DNA from: an uncultured Candidatus Saccharibacteria bacterium
Lineage (GTDB): Bacteria; Patescibacteriota; WWE3; 2-01-FULL-39-13
Assembly (NCBI GenBank): GCA_965230915.1
Contig: OZ246395.1
Coordinates: forward strand, 140,019-204,018
Direction of reading: 5' to 3'
Length of the DNA stretch: 64,000 bases
Shown here: one piece after another, positions 1-8,494 of the stretch
Layout of the letters: every line of letters begins with the position of its first letter
Numbering within the stretch: the first letter of the stretch is position 1
The notes under the pieces: model-generated
Databases searched by the model: none
What the model saw: the letters and a program-made list of their open reading frames with translations, nothing else
What the model was told of the DNA's origin: nothing
Made by a program: the position numbers and the translations under genes

Positions 1-654
1 TACGTCGGGTACGATGATAGCGCTTCGTTAAGCGATTTTGTGCAAGATAATCCATCATGCATAGTTTTATTTGATGAAATAGACAAAGCTCACCCTGAGG
101 TTTTGACTTCGTTACTTCACATAATGGATGAAGGAGAAATTCGCAACAACACTGGTGAAATCGTTTCATTTGAAAACGTAATCATTTTGATGACCAGTAA
201 CCACGGGGCAGAGTTAATTATGAAAGAAGACATAGGATTTGGCCGATTGGAAGACAAATCAAAGAAGCAAATTATTAAATCTAAAGCAGAATGGGCAGAC
301 AAAATTCAAGAATATATTAAAACAGTAATGAAGCCGGAATTCCTTAACAGATTTGACGATATTATTATTTACAATCAGCTAGATGAAGAGGCGATGCTTA
401 AGATTTTAGATTTAATGATCGAACCAATGACTTTGAATTTAAGAAAGAGAAATATCAAGTTCACAGTTACAAAGTCGGCGAAAAAATATCTTGTTAAGAA
501 ATGTAACGCAAAAGAATATGGAGCACGTGAACTTCGACGGGTTTTGAACAAAGAGGTCGCCGATTCTATTTCGAAGGTTCTATTCACTAATGAAAAAATC
601 AAAAGAATTAATGTAACCACCAAAGAAGAGGTTTTAGATATTAGTTCTCAATAA
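1..654 (+). CDS. Clp/Hsp100 AAA+ ATPase (ClpC/ClpB-like), C-terminal D2 domain fragment; 5' end lies outside the window
   Basis: Frame 1 is open from nt 1 (YVGYDDSASLSDF...). It contains VLFDEIDKAHPEV, which matches the conserved Clp sensor motif, and a C-terminal GARELRRVL that matches the Clp ARPLRR motif. Stop at 654. Confidence 0.8.
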   Translation, partial: YVGYDDSASLSDFVQDNPSCIVLFDEIDKAHPEVLTSLLHIMDEGEIRNNTGEIVSFENVIILMTSNHGAELIMKEDIGFGRLEDKSKKQIIKSKAEWADKIQEYIKTVMKPEFLNRFDDIIIYNQLDEEAMLKILDLMIEPMTLNLRKRNIKFTVTKSAKKYLVKKCNAKEYGARELRRVLNKEVADSISKVLFTNEKIKRINVTTKEEVLDISSQ

Positions 655-1567
655 ACGGTAGGTAAGTGTCCGGTCTTTCATTCTTAATTTCAGGCATATA
701 AATTTCTTTAGTTTGGTTATCTGCGATTATTTTCTCGATCCGGTCTTTGTAGTATTCGGTGCGTAAAAATTCACTAAATCGTCTTTCTTCATCGCAGCTG
801 TTTCCGCCAACGCCTACGGCATAAAGTGTTCCGGCAAATTCAAGTGGAGAACCACTATTCCCAGGGCAAATTCCAATTTCTGGATTGTAAGGATCTTGGC
901 ATTTTATTCTAGAGCCTTCGTAGTTTCGACATAGAAATTGGGCTGTAGCATCTTCTAAAATTGGAGATGTTTCTCCAGTCTCGGTTTGTCCCCATCCGAC
1001 GAGTGTTGAAGTCATAATTTCCCCCAGCTGAGGGTGAACTGTATCTGTATAAATATTTAATGGTCGGATATATTCAGTCTCGGTTATTTTTGGAATTTTA
1101 ATTAAAGCAATGTCATCTTCTTTGTTAATTGGATCAAAAGGTATAACTTTTACGGCTCTAACCACAACTTCACCATCTTCTAATTCATTTTTTTGAATTC
1201 CACCTAGGCTTAATTTTATTCCCTGTGGGGGAACATTTCCCCAATCGACGCAGTGGCCGCAGGTTAAGACCCACTCATCATTAATTAGTGTTCCCATTCC
1301 GGTTCCTCGAGAACTTTGAATCAAAACGACCCAAGGGTGTTCTCCTCGTTCGGTAGGATTAGCTCCAGATAAGTCAGGTTCAACGGTTTGTGATGGATAT
1401 ACAAATTCTTCTGGCAGTTTGCCGAAATCTTTTAAGTAAGCAAGATCTCCTTCAGCCTGGTTTATTGAAAATTCATAAGGTGGAATATCGTTGTAGGTTT
1501 CTATATTGGCTTCCATATTTTTATAATAAAAAACTTCTGCGGACTTAGCTATCTTATTGGGTCTCAA
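641..1567 (-). CDS. trypsin-like (S1/chymotrypsin-fold) serine protease
   Basis: His motif WVLTCGHC, Asp motif DIALIKIP, Ser motif CPGNSGSPL (GDSGGP with Asp changed to Asn). No signal peptide is evident. The real start may be the internal Met (MEANIE, ~1516), because a hairpin at 1541-1589 plus a T-run precedes it. Confidence 0.7.
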   Translation of the reverse strand: MRPNKIAKSAEVFYYKNMEANIETYNDIPPYEFSINQAEGDLAYLKDFGKLPEEFVYPSQTVEPDLSGANPTERGEHPWVVLIQSSRGTGMGTLINDEWVLTCGHCVDWGNVPPQGIKLSLGGIQKNELEDGEVVVRAVKVIPFDPINKEDDIALIKIPKITETEYIRPLNIYTDTVHPQLGEIMTSTLVGWGQTETGETSPILEDATAQFLCRNYEGSRIKCQDPYNPEIGICPGNSGSPLEFAGTLYAVGVGGNSCDEERRFSEFLRTEYYKDRIEKIIADNQTKEIYMPEIKNERPDTYLPFIEN

Positions 1568-1589
1568 ATTCTTGAGATAAGATAGCTAA
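1541..1589 (-). terminator. perfect 14-bp inverted repeat (cttagctatcttat / ataagatagctaag) followed on the minus strand by a T-run; likely terminator of the 1614-1925 gene
   Basis: Inverted repeat read directly from the sequence. The minus-strand transcript continues ...UCCGCAGAAGUUUUUUAUUAU. Confidence 0.45.
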
Positions 1590-1613
1590 GCCGCTTGAGG
1601 CTGGTCAGAGGTT

Positions 1614-1925
1614 TTAGTCTCTAAAGTCAGAAGGCCTCATGATGCCCAATCTGATTGCCTCGGCCTGGCACGTCACGCACTTTGCCATGTGAGCAATCTT
1701 GCTCTGGTAAACGTTGCCCTCGTAATCGGTCTCTGTCTCGTCGAGCAATCCTTGGAACTCTTCTGCACTCAGGCAGCCCCGAGTTGGGGGATCTGGCTTA
1801 AAGATAGCTGCTAATAGCTTCCCTAGGCCCGCGCGTTCTTTCGGGGTTAGCTCTTTTTTGCTCATGTTCATCTCTCCTTCATCCGTAGTCGTATGTGTTA
1901 ATTCGAATTCGCCGTGATTATACAT
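1614..1925 (-). CDS. small hypothetical protein (~100 aa) in a GC-elevated segment (~50% against ~37% flanks)
   Basis: ORF MSKKELTPKERAGLGKLLAAIF... with no motif I recognise. Composition is clearly GC-richer than the neighbouring genes. Confidence 0.45.
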   Translation of the reverse strand: MYNHGEFELTHTTTDEGEMNMSKKELTPKERAGLGKLLAAIFKPDPPTRGCLSAEEFQGLLDETETDYEGNVYQSKIAHMAKCVTCQAEAIRLGIMRPSDFRD

Positions 1926-2062
1926 CTATTTAAGGCAGGTTTCAATACTATAGGGTGCCTATATGGCAAAAAAAGAGGAGGTATCTTATCTAGCAGCGAA
2001 CAAATTCGCTTACCTTGCTTTCGCAAAGTTAGATTTGATACCTCCTTATGTTGCGGCAGAAA

Positions 2063-2425
2063 TTACCACTCGTCGTCTTCGTCTTTTTCTAGTTTCTCTA
2101 GGATCTCTGTTTGGCGCTCATAAATTCGGCCAACTTTGTTCATGATCCATAGTGCTCCGTAAACCAATACAATATCGCGGGCAAGGGCGATACTATTCGG
2201 ATCTGAAAAGCTAGCTGCGCCAAAGAACATCCACATGCCAATTATTACTGCCAATGGAGCCGAAGAGTCTCCGCCAAAAAACTTCCTGTGCAGAGCATAA
2301 ACCGAGCCTACTACAAGAGTTAACATTGAAAGAACGAATATTCCAAATCCAACCCAACCAGATACGTTCATCATGATTGGGTTGATCAGCTTGGCTTGCT
2401 CTTGCAACCACTGAATAGGGTCCAT
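2063..2425 (-). CDS. hypothetical small membrane protein (about three predicted TM helices)
   Basis: Hydrophobic segments WVGFGIFVLSMLTLVVGSVYAL, LAVIIGMWMFFGAASF and IVLVYGALWIM. Acidic C-terminus. Confidence 0.5.
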   Translation of the reverse strand: MDPIQWLQEQAKLINPIMMNVSGWVGFGIFVLSMLTLVVGSVYALHRKFFGGDSSAPLAVIIGMWMFFGAASFSDPNSIALARDIVLVYGALWIMNKVGRIYERQTEILEKLEKDEDDEW

Positions 2426-2644
2426 TTTATTGACTCATCTTTCTAGTAGTATGGCGAAAACATAATAATCTAAACGCTTTTAGATTGCGACATTATATAC
2501 TAATTTCGTTAATAAATCTGTCATGCCTTTCAGCTATTGCTGAAAGAATGCGAAGAAACTGAGTCATTACTTCCGTTTTATAGGAAGATAGCAGAAGTGT
2601 AACTTCTGCGTTACATTCGGTAAAAATTGGGGTATATTTTCTTT

Positions 2645-4027
2645 ATGCCTAAGAAATCTTCAACAGTATTTGTATGTACAGAATGCGGAAACGAATTTTC
2701 AAGATGGGAAGGTCAGTGTCCAGCTTGCAAAGCATGGAACACTTTAGTCGAAATGGACGCGGTTCCACATTCATTCGGAAAAAGTGGTAGAGGGTCAGGA
2801 AGCGGAAAGTCGCCATCAAAAAAATCCGGAGAATTAATAAAACCAAAAAAATTATCATCGATTGATCCGTCAGAATTTGTAAGAACAACAACTGGTATTC
2901 CAGAACTAGATCGCACAATAGGCGGGGGACTAGTTAGCGGGCAAGTAATTTTATTGGGTGGTCATCCAGGTATCGGAAAATCCACATTACTATTACAACT
3001 TGCTGCAACATTCGGTAAAAAAGTTTTGTATGCATCAGGTGAAGAATCCGAATCACAAATTGCACTGCGCGCCGACAGATTAAAAATAAAAACGGAACAA
3101 ATAGAAATACTTTCAACAGGAAACATTGATGCAATATTACATTCGGCATCGCCGAATGCAGGAATGAGCGAAGCGAAGACCGCTCAAAACACCGATGAAG
3201 AAACAGGTTTAATAATAATCGATTCGATTCAAGTAATGTATACCGACGATATAGATTCTCAAGCGGGAAGCGTTACGCAAATTCGTGAGTGCGCTGCGCG
3301 AATTGTTACTTATGCAAAATCAGAAAATATTCCAGTAATAATTGTCGGTCACATTACTAAAGAAGGAACAATTGCTGGGCCAAAAATTTTAGAGCACATG
3401 GTTGATACAGTTTTATATTTAGAAGGCGACAGGCAACATTTATTCAGAATGATGCGCGTAAATAAAAATCGATTTGGCGACGACAGTGAAGTCGGGATTT
3501 TTTCTATGGATACAAACGGATTACAAGGTGTTGCAAATCCATCATCAATTTTATTAGAAGATTCAACCGCAGGGTCAATCGGCACCGCTGTTGCAATAAT
3601 TTTAGAAGGCAGTCGTCCGCTTGCAGTCGAAGTTCAAGCGTTAACAACAAAAACTTCTTTCGGATATCCAAAGCGCGCCGTTAGTGGTTTCAGCCTTAAC
3701 AGACTGCAATTACTGTGTGCGGTTATTCAGAAAAAATTAAATTTAAATTTATTAGATCAAGACGTTTATTTAAATGTTGCATCGGGATTAAACGTTAAGG
3801 AACCCGCAATAGATCTAGCAGTTTGCGCAGCTATAGTTTCAAGTTATTTAGAACGCGCAATAAAACCAAGCACAGTTTTTTTTGGCGAAGTTGGCCTTGG
3901 TGGAGAAATAAGAAATGTTGTTGCAAGCGATCGCAGAATTAAAGAAGCAAAAAATTTAGGTTATAAAGAAATTTGCTATCCAAAAAACATTAAAACCATC
4001 GCAAAAGTATCAACAACTCTGTTATAA
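2645..4027 (+). CDS. radA: DNA repair protein RadA/Sms
   Basis: N-terminal C4 zinc finger CTECGNEFSRWEGQCPACKAWNT, RecA-like Walker A GGHPGIGKST, Lon-protease-like C-terminal domain. A Gly/Ser/Lys-rich insertion follows the zinc finger. The ORF track starts at 2627; 2645 (MPKKSS) fits the family N-terminus better. Confidence 0.9.
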   Translation: MPKKSSTVFVCTECGNEFSRWEGQCPACKAWNTLVEMDAVPHSFGKSGRGSGSGKSPSKKSGELIKPKKLSSIDPSEFVRTTTGIPELDRTIGGGLVSGQVILLGGHPGIGKSTLLLQLAATFGKKVLYASGEESESQIALRADRLKIKTEQIEILSTGNIDAILHSASPNAGMSEAKTAQNTDEETGLIIIDSIQVMYTDDIDSQAGSVTQIRECAARIVTYAKSENIPVIIVGHITKEGTIAGPKILEHMVDTVLYLEGDRQHLFRMMRVNKNRFGDDSEVGIFSMDTNGLQGVANPSSILLEDSTAGSIGTAVAIILEGSRPLAVEVQALTTKTSFGYPKRAVSGFSLNRLQLLCAVIQKKLNLNLLDQDVYLNVASGLNVKEPAIDLAVCAAIVSSYLERAIKPSTVFFGEVGLGGEIRNVVASDRRIKEAKNLGYKEICYPKNIKTIAKVSTTLL

Positions 4028-4141
4028 TCTGAGTTATAAAGTATAGCGAAGATTAATAGAGAATTTGTAAAAATTCGCTTCTAATCTCGCCTATATAAGA
4101 AGCAACGGAAATAATACTTAATGTAAAAACATGAATGAATC

Positions 4142-5203
4142 ATGCGATTAAACTTTTTGTTTATTGATTCAAAGTTTTTCCTCACTTCACGGTTCGCACA
4201 AAAACATAAACATGTTATGGACAGTTTTAAACAGTTAACTAAAAACATTTATCAAAAATATATTCGCCCAAATGCGAAATATTTGTGGTCATTAGCCCTT
4301 GCAACACTCGCTTTTATTTTAGCTAGACATTTTTATTTTAAAGACAATCCATTATTATCAATCCAATATTTAGGCGAAACGATAGTTGAAGCTGCAGCCT
4401 TTCTCATTTTCTTTTTTTACGGATTAACAATAATCCAAATGATAGGTAAGGGATTAGAAAGCTTTTTTGTTAGAGTTTTATATCAAGCTTACACTCGCGC
4501 ATACACTGAGTTTTGGAAAGTTCAGACGGCAAGATTAGTTGAGGCAATAAAACGTGACCAACCCGATTTAACTATCACGACGGCCCCTAATGAAAAAACA
4601 GAATATCCACGTGACAGTATTGTGCTTGATACATCAACCATAATTGACGGACGAATACTTGGTGCAATTCAAACTGGGTTTTTAGACAATCCACTTATTG
4701 TTCCACAAAATGTTGTAGATGAATTGCAGCACATGGCCGATAAGAGTAATGATATGAAGCGTCAGAAAGGTCGTAGAGGCCTCGATACATTAAAAGACAT
4801 ACGTAAGGCGGCTGGAAAGGGTAACTTCAAGATAGTCGATTTAAAGAACAATACAGACCCAGTCGATAAAACATTGGTTGCTTTCTGCAAAGAACAAAAG
4901 TGCAAACTAGCAACAGTAGACTTTAATCTTAATAAAGTAGCACAAGTAGCAGGCGTAAAAGTATTAAACATAAATAACCTTGCGAATGAGATTAAAACCA
5001 ACTTGCTCCCAGGCGAGTCACTATTAATTAAGCTCGTTCAAACAGGCAAAGAAGAAAACCAGGCGGTCGGCTTTCTAGAAGACGGCACTATGATTGTCAT
5101 TAAGAATGCCTCTGAATATATTGGGGAAAGCAAAGAGGTCGTGGTTGAAAAGGTATTACAGACTAGCGCAGGACGTATGGTGTTTGCCACAATAAACGGT
5201 TAA
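4142..5203 (+). CDS. PIN/TRAM-domain membrane protein (YacL-like)
   Basis: N-terminal TM helices, then a PIN domain (IVLDTSTIIDGRI...) and a C-terminal TRAM-like domain. Sits directly downstream of radA, as yacL does in Firmicutes. Alternative start at Met 4217. Confidence 0.65.
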   Translation: MRLNFLFIDSKFFLTSRFAQKHKHVMDSFKQLTKNIYQKYIRPNAKYLWSLALATLAFILARHFYFKDNPLLSIQYLGETIVEAAAFLIFFFYGLTIIQMIGKGLESFFVRVLYQAYTRAYTEFWKVQTARLVEAIKRDQPDLTITTAPNEKTEYPRDSIVLDTSTIIDGRILGAIQTGFLDNPLIVPQNVVDELQHMADKSNDMKRQKGRRGLDTLKDIRKAAGKGNFKIVDLKNNTDPVDKTLVAFCKEQKCKLATVDFNLNKVAQVAGVKVLNINNLANEIKTNLLPGESLLIKLVQTGKEENQAVGFLEDGTMIVIKNASEYIGESKEVVVEKVLQTSAGRMVFATING

Positions 5204-5908
5204 ACGAGAGATTTATTTCTCAAAGTTCATGCCCGCAAGCGGCTAACATTTCATATCTACGGTAAATTTTTCATAATAAATTTCCATTCAACTATCAGTC
5301 TTAAGGTTTCTAATGTGTATTGAAAAAGGGGATAAGAAAAGCCGAGCCAATGATGGCTTAACTCGCCATCGCTCGCCCGGCAGGATAATTACTAAAGTTC
5401 AGGACAGGTGAAACTTTAGGATTATTTATATTTAAAATGTAACACACTGGCATGTCATGTCAACACCTGTATTGGGCTAATTTCGGGTGTTTTGAGTAAA
5501 TAAATTGAGGGTAAAATTTTGAAGGGTACAGTAATTGTGCTAATCGCTCAAAAATACCGCTATGTCAGGCCGAATGCATTATCTAGAGTGTTTCCCAGTA
5601 AAAATGCTGATAAAACTGCGTGGCTTGGGGAATTTTTGTACACTGTATCAGATGGGCTGATATAAGTGATAATAGCCGTATCCTCGGGCTAGTTACTATG
5701 GGGTCGGTGTCGAACGTCGATTTCCTATTGCTAAAGAAAGATCGAAGTGTTAACCTTACCACGTTACAAAGTTTCCACTCCTGTTAAGCATCCAAGAGAT
5801 ATACGTGCTTTTTCCATTTCGCCGAGCCGAATTATCACTAACTGTAAAAACAGAAGAAGGTAAACGCTAGTTTCCTTATTTTTTATTTTTTAATTCAATT
5901 CAATAACA

Positions 5909-7138
5909 ATGAATAACAAATCCTCAGATACAACCAATGTGGTTGACTACAATGATCTAGTAAATGGTTCTGCAAATGGGGGAACATCCTCTAAATCCTC
6001 TAATAATGAAGCATCATATAAAGTAGACGGAGTTCTCGAAGTTAAACAAGATTACGGAGTATTAAGACAAGAAAGACCAGCAGGATATGATGATAGCTCT
6101 AATCTTCCCAAAGATGTTTATGTTGCTCCAACTCAAATCAATAAATTTGGCTTAAGAAAAGGCGACCGAATCGAAGGAGTTGCTCGTGCTCCAAAAGAAG
6201 GCGAAAGATACTTGTCTCTATTAAAGATAGAACGTGTTGAAGGTATCTCAGCTGATCAAGCTAGAAACAGACCACGATTTGAGAATTTAGTCCCAATTCA
6301 TCCAAATGAAAGAATTAAACTAGAAACAAAAGGAGATGTTTTAACAACTCGCTTAATAGACTTACTTGCGCCAATAGGTAAGGGACAACGTGGAATGATT
6401 GTTGCTCCACCTAAAGCAGGTAAAACTTGGTTGCTACAACATATTGCAACCGGAGTTTCTGAAAATCATAAAGAAATTAAAATAATGGTTGTTCTAATCG
6501 GTGAGCGTCCAGAAGAAGTCACTGAAATGAGTAGAACTGTTAAAGGTGAAATTTGGGCATCGAACTTTGATGAACCTCCAGAAAGACAAGTTGAAGTTGC
6601 TGAAAATGCTTTAGAGCGTGCAAAACGTTTAGCGGAAAAAGGCGATGACGTCTTTATATTAATGGACTCTATTACACGTTTAGCTCGAGCATATAACATG
6701 GTAGAACCACCAAGTGGAAGAACTTTAACCGGAGGTTTTGACCCAGCTGCGCTATATCCACCAAAAAGATTTTTTGGAGCTGCACGTAACTTCGAAGATG
6801 GCGGATCACTTACTATTATAGCTACCGCCTTAGTCGACACTGGTTCAAGAATGGACGACGTTATTTTTGAAGAATTCAAAGGTACCGGAAACATGGAACT
6901 ATTCTTAGATAGAACTTTGGCTGAAAGAAGAATATTCCCAGCATTTGATATTCGAAGATCTATGACTCGTCATGAAGAACTTCTATATACAAAGAAAGAA
7001 GCTGAAAAAGTTTTGACTCTTAGAAGAATGATCGACTTGTTAGACGATAAAGAATCTACACAGGTTGTTATCGAAAGATTGAAGAAAACTAAAACCAATG
7101 ATGAGTTTTTAGAGACTCTATCGAACGGTAAAATCTAA
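5909..7138 (+). CDS. rho: transcription termination factor Rho
   Basis: RecA-type Walker A GKGQRGMIVAPPKAGKTWLLQ, typical C-terminal FPAFDIRRSMTR, N-terminal OB/CSD region. A ~130-aa low-complexity N-terminal extension is present. Confidence 0.92.
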   Translation: MNNKSSDTTNVVDYNDLVNGSANGGTSSKSSNNEASYKVDGVLEVKQDYGVLRQERPAGYDDSSNLPKDVYVAPTQINKFGLRKGDRIEGVARAPKEGERYLSLLKIERVEGISADQARNRPRFENLVPIHPNERIKLETKGDVLTTRLIDLLAPIGKGQRGMIVAPPKAGKTWLLQHIATGVSENHKEIKIMVVLIGERPEEVTEMSRTVKGEIWASNFDEPPERQVEVAENALERAKRLAEKGDDVFILMDSITRLARAYNMVEPPSGRTLTGGFDPAALYPPKRFFGAARNFEDGGSLTIIATALVDTGSRMDDVIFEEFKGTGNMELFLDRTLAERRIFPAFDIRRSMTRHEELLYTKKEAEKVLTLRRMIDLLDDKESTQVVIERLKKTKTNDEFLETLSNGKI

Positions 7139-7263
7139 GCTTCGGTAAGCCATTCCAGCCAAGTTGCAAATTATCAATCCTAATGTATAGTTGGCAATAG
7201 GCTGGAACAAAATGTACTATTATATTTATAGACATTTTGTTAAAACCTTAAGCAATACAACCT

Positions 7264-8418
7264 ATGAAATCCACCATTAGGCGAGGCGCCACCGATACGC
7301 TTCGACCGATTGTTGAATATCTCACTCAATTTGGAGCATTTGGCTCTGCCGTATTCGATTACCTTTTCAAGAAGATTGGACAGGCGTTCCAACTTGCGCA
7401 CTATGTAACCATCAAACAAATTGAAATCCTCGTTGGGATAAAATTCAAAACTGTTTCCAGTTTAATATGGTCAGGCGGAAAAGTCGGACGGAATATTCGC
7501 TATATATTTATTGTACTTTTTGTTTGGACAATTTTTTTAGCAGGGGGAATTTTTCAAGGGCAACTTGTCAGCAAAGAAGGGTCAAGCCGCGACGAATTTT
7601 TAGCCACAAACGATTTCATTTTAGCCGAAGCAACCGCTGCCACCGATACTGGTGAGCGCTCGTTATTAGATGAGCCGATTTCTCATACAGTTGCCGAAGG
7701 TGAAACACTAGATAGCATTGGTCAAAAATATAATATTTCAATTGAATCGATTAAATTTGCTAATACTTTAACATCTGAAAAATTAAAAGTGGGTCAGGTT
7801 TTAACAATACCTCCCGTCGATGGAACAATTCATAAAGTTGCTAAAGGCGATACTATAGAAACACTTTCAAGAAGGTATAGAGTTCCATCTCAGATTATTG
7901 TGGACTTTAATTATTTAGATGCTCCATATACTTTAACTGAAGGTCAGTTAATCACAATTCCAGATGCGCAGGTTCCACAGGCTGAAAGATTTTATGCTGG
8001 AACAAATTCATATGATAGTTCAGCTTACGGGATTATTCCTTATGCGGGGTCAGGTGCAAAAGGAACGGGTCAATTTGTTTGGCCATTCTCAGGAATCATT
8101 ACGCAAACATTTAGCAGCTATCACCCTGGCTTAGATATCGCCGCAAATAGTGGAGATATTATTGCTGCGGATAAAGGAACTGTTATTCGTGCAGGTTGGT
8201 GGCAAGGCGGTTACGGAAACGCAGTCCAAGTCGACCATGGTAATGGTTCTGTTACAACGTATGCTCACATGAGTGTAATTTCAGTATCTACTGGAGATGA
8301 AGTTCAGCAAGGTCAGAAACTTGGAGTTGTCGGATCAACCGGTCGTTCTACTGGTCCACACTTACACTTCACTATACAAAAAGACGGTCATTACATTGAT
8401 CCACTAAAGGAGCTTTAA
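7264..8418 (+). CDS. LysM-domain M23 family metallopeptidase (peptidoglycan endopeptidase)
   Basis: Two LysM repeats (HTVAEGETLDSIGQKYNIS..., HKVAKGDTIETLSRRYRV...). M23 motifs HPGLDIAA, YGNAVQVDHGNG, GSTGRSTGPHLHF. N-terminal TM anchor. Confidence 0.88.
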   Translation: MKSTIRRGATDTLRPIVEYLTQFGAFGSAVFDYLFKKIGQAFQLAHYVTIKQIEILVGIKFKTVSSLIWSGGKVGRNIRYIFIVLFVWTIFLAGGIFQGQLVSKEGSSRDEFLATNDFILAEATAATDTGERSLLDEPISHTVAEGETLDSIGQKYNISIESIKFANTLTSEKLKVGQVLTIPPVDGTIHKVAKGDTIETLSRRYRVPSQIIVDFNYLDAPYTLTEGQLITIPDAQVPQAERFYAGTNSYDSSAYGIIPYAGSGAKGTGQFVWPFSGIITQTFSSYHPGLDIAANSGDIIAADKGTVIRAGWWQGGYGNAVQVDHGNGSVTTYAHMSVISVSTGDEVQQGQKLGVVGSTGRSTGPHLHFTIQKDGHYIDPLKEL

Positions 8419-8494
8419 AAAAACTTGATATATCAATATTTTTTGTTGGCGCATTGGTGTCATGGTCTGTCATATTGCATAATATTTGTAGCTA

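Noticed and set aside
1914-2145. Two overlapping small + strand ORFs (1914-2123, 1963-2145)
   Set aside because: They overlap each other and the 3' end of the 2063-2425 minus-strand gene, have Cys/Ser-rich nonsense-like composition, and sit in an intergenic or antisense position. Likely spurious.
2649-3585. Several minus-strand ORFs inside radA (2649-2918, 2713-2916, 2934-3149, 3349-3585), and similar antisense ORFs inside rho (6466-6894), leuS (14192-14750), comEC (16231-16542) and the Q/N-rich gene (25006-25290)
   Set aside because: All are antisense to strongly supported conserved genes, with low-complexity or hydrophobic nonsense composition.
5697-5722. tmRNA-like 5' sequence ggggtcggtgtcgaacgtcga in the rho upstream region
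   Set aside because: I found no complementary 3' acceptor strand (CGACCCC followed by ACCA), no T-arm GGTTCGA(N)TCC, and no tag-peptide reading frame nearby. A permuted two-piece tmRNA cannot be excluded without a covariance-model scan.
7139-7263. Weak inverted repeat (ccattccagcc ... ggctggaa) downstream of rho as a terminator
   Set aside because: The loop is ~40 nt and there is no T-run; not convincing as an intrinsic terminator.
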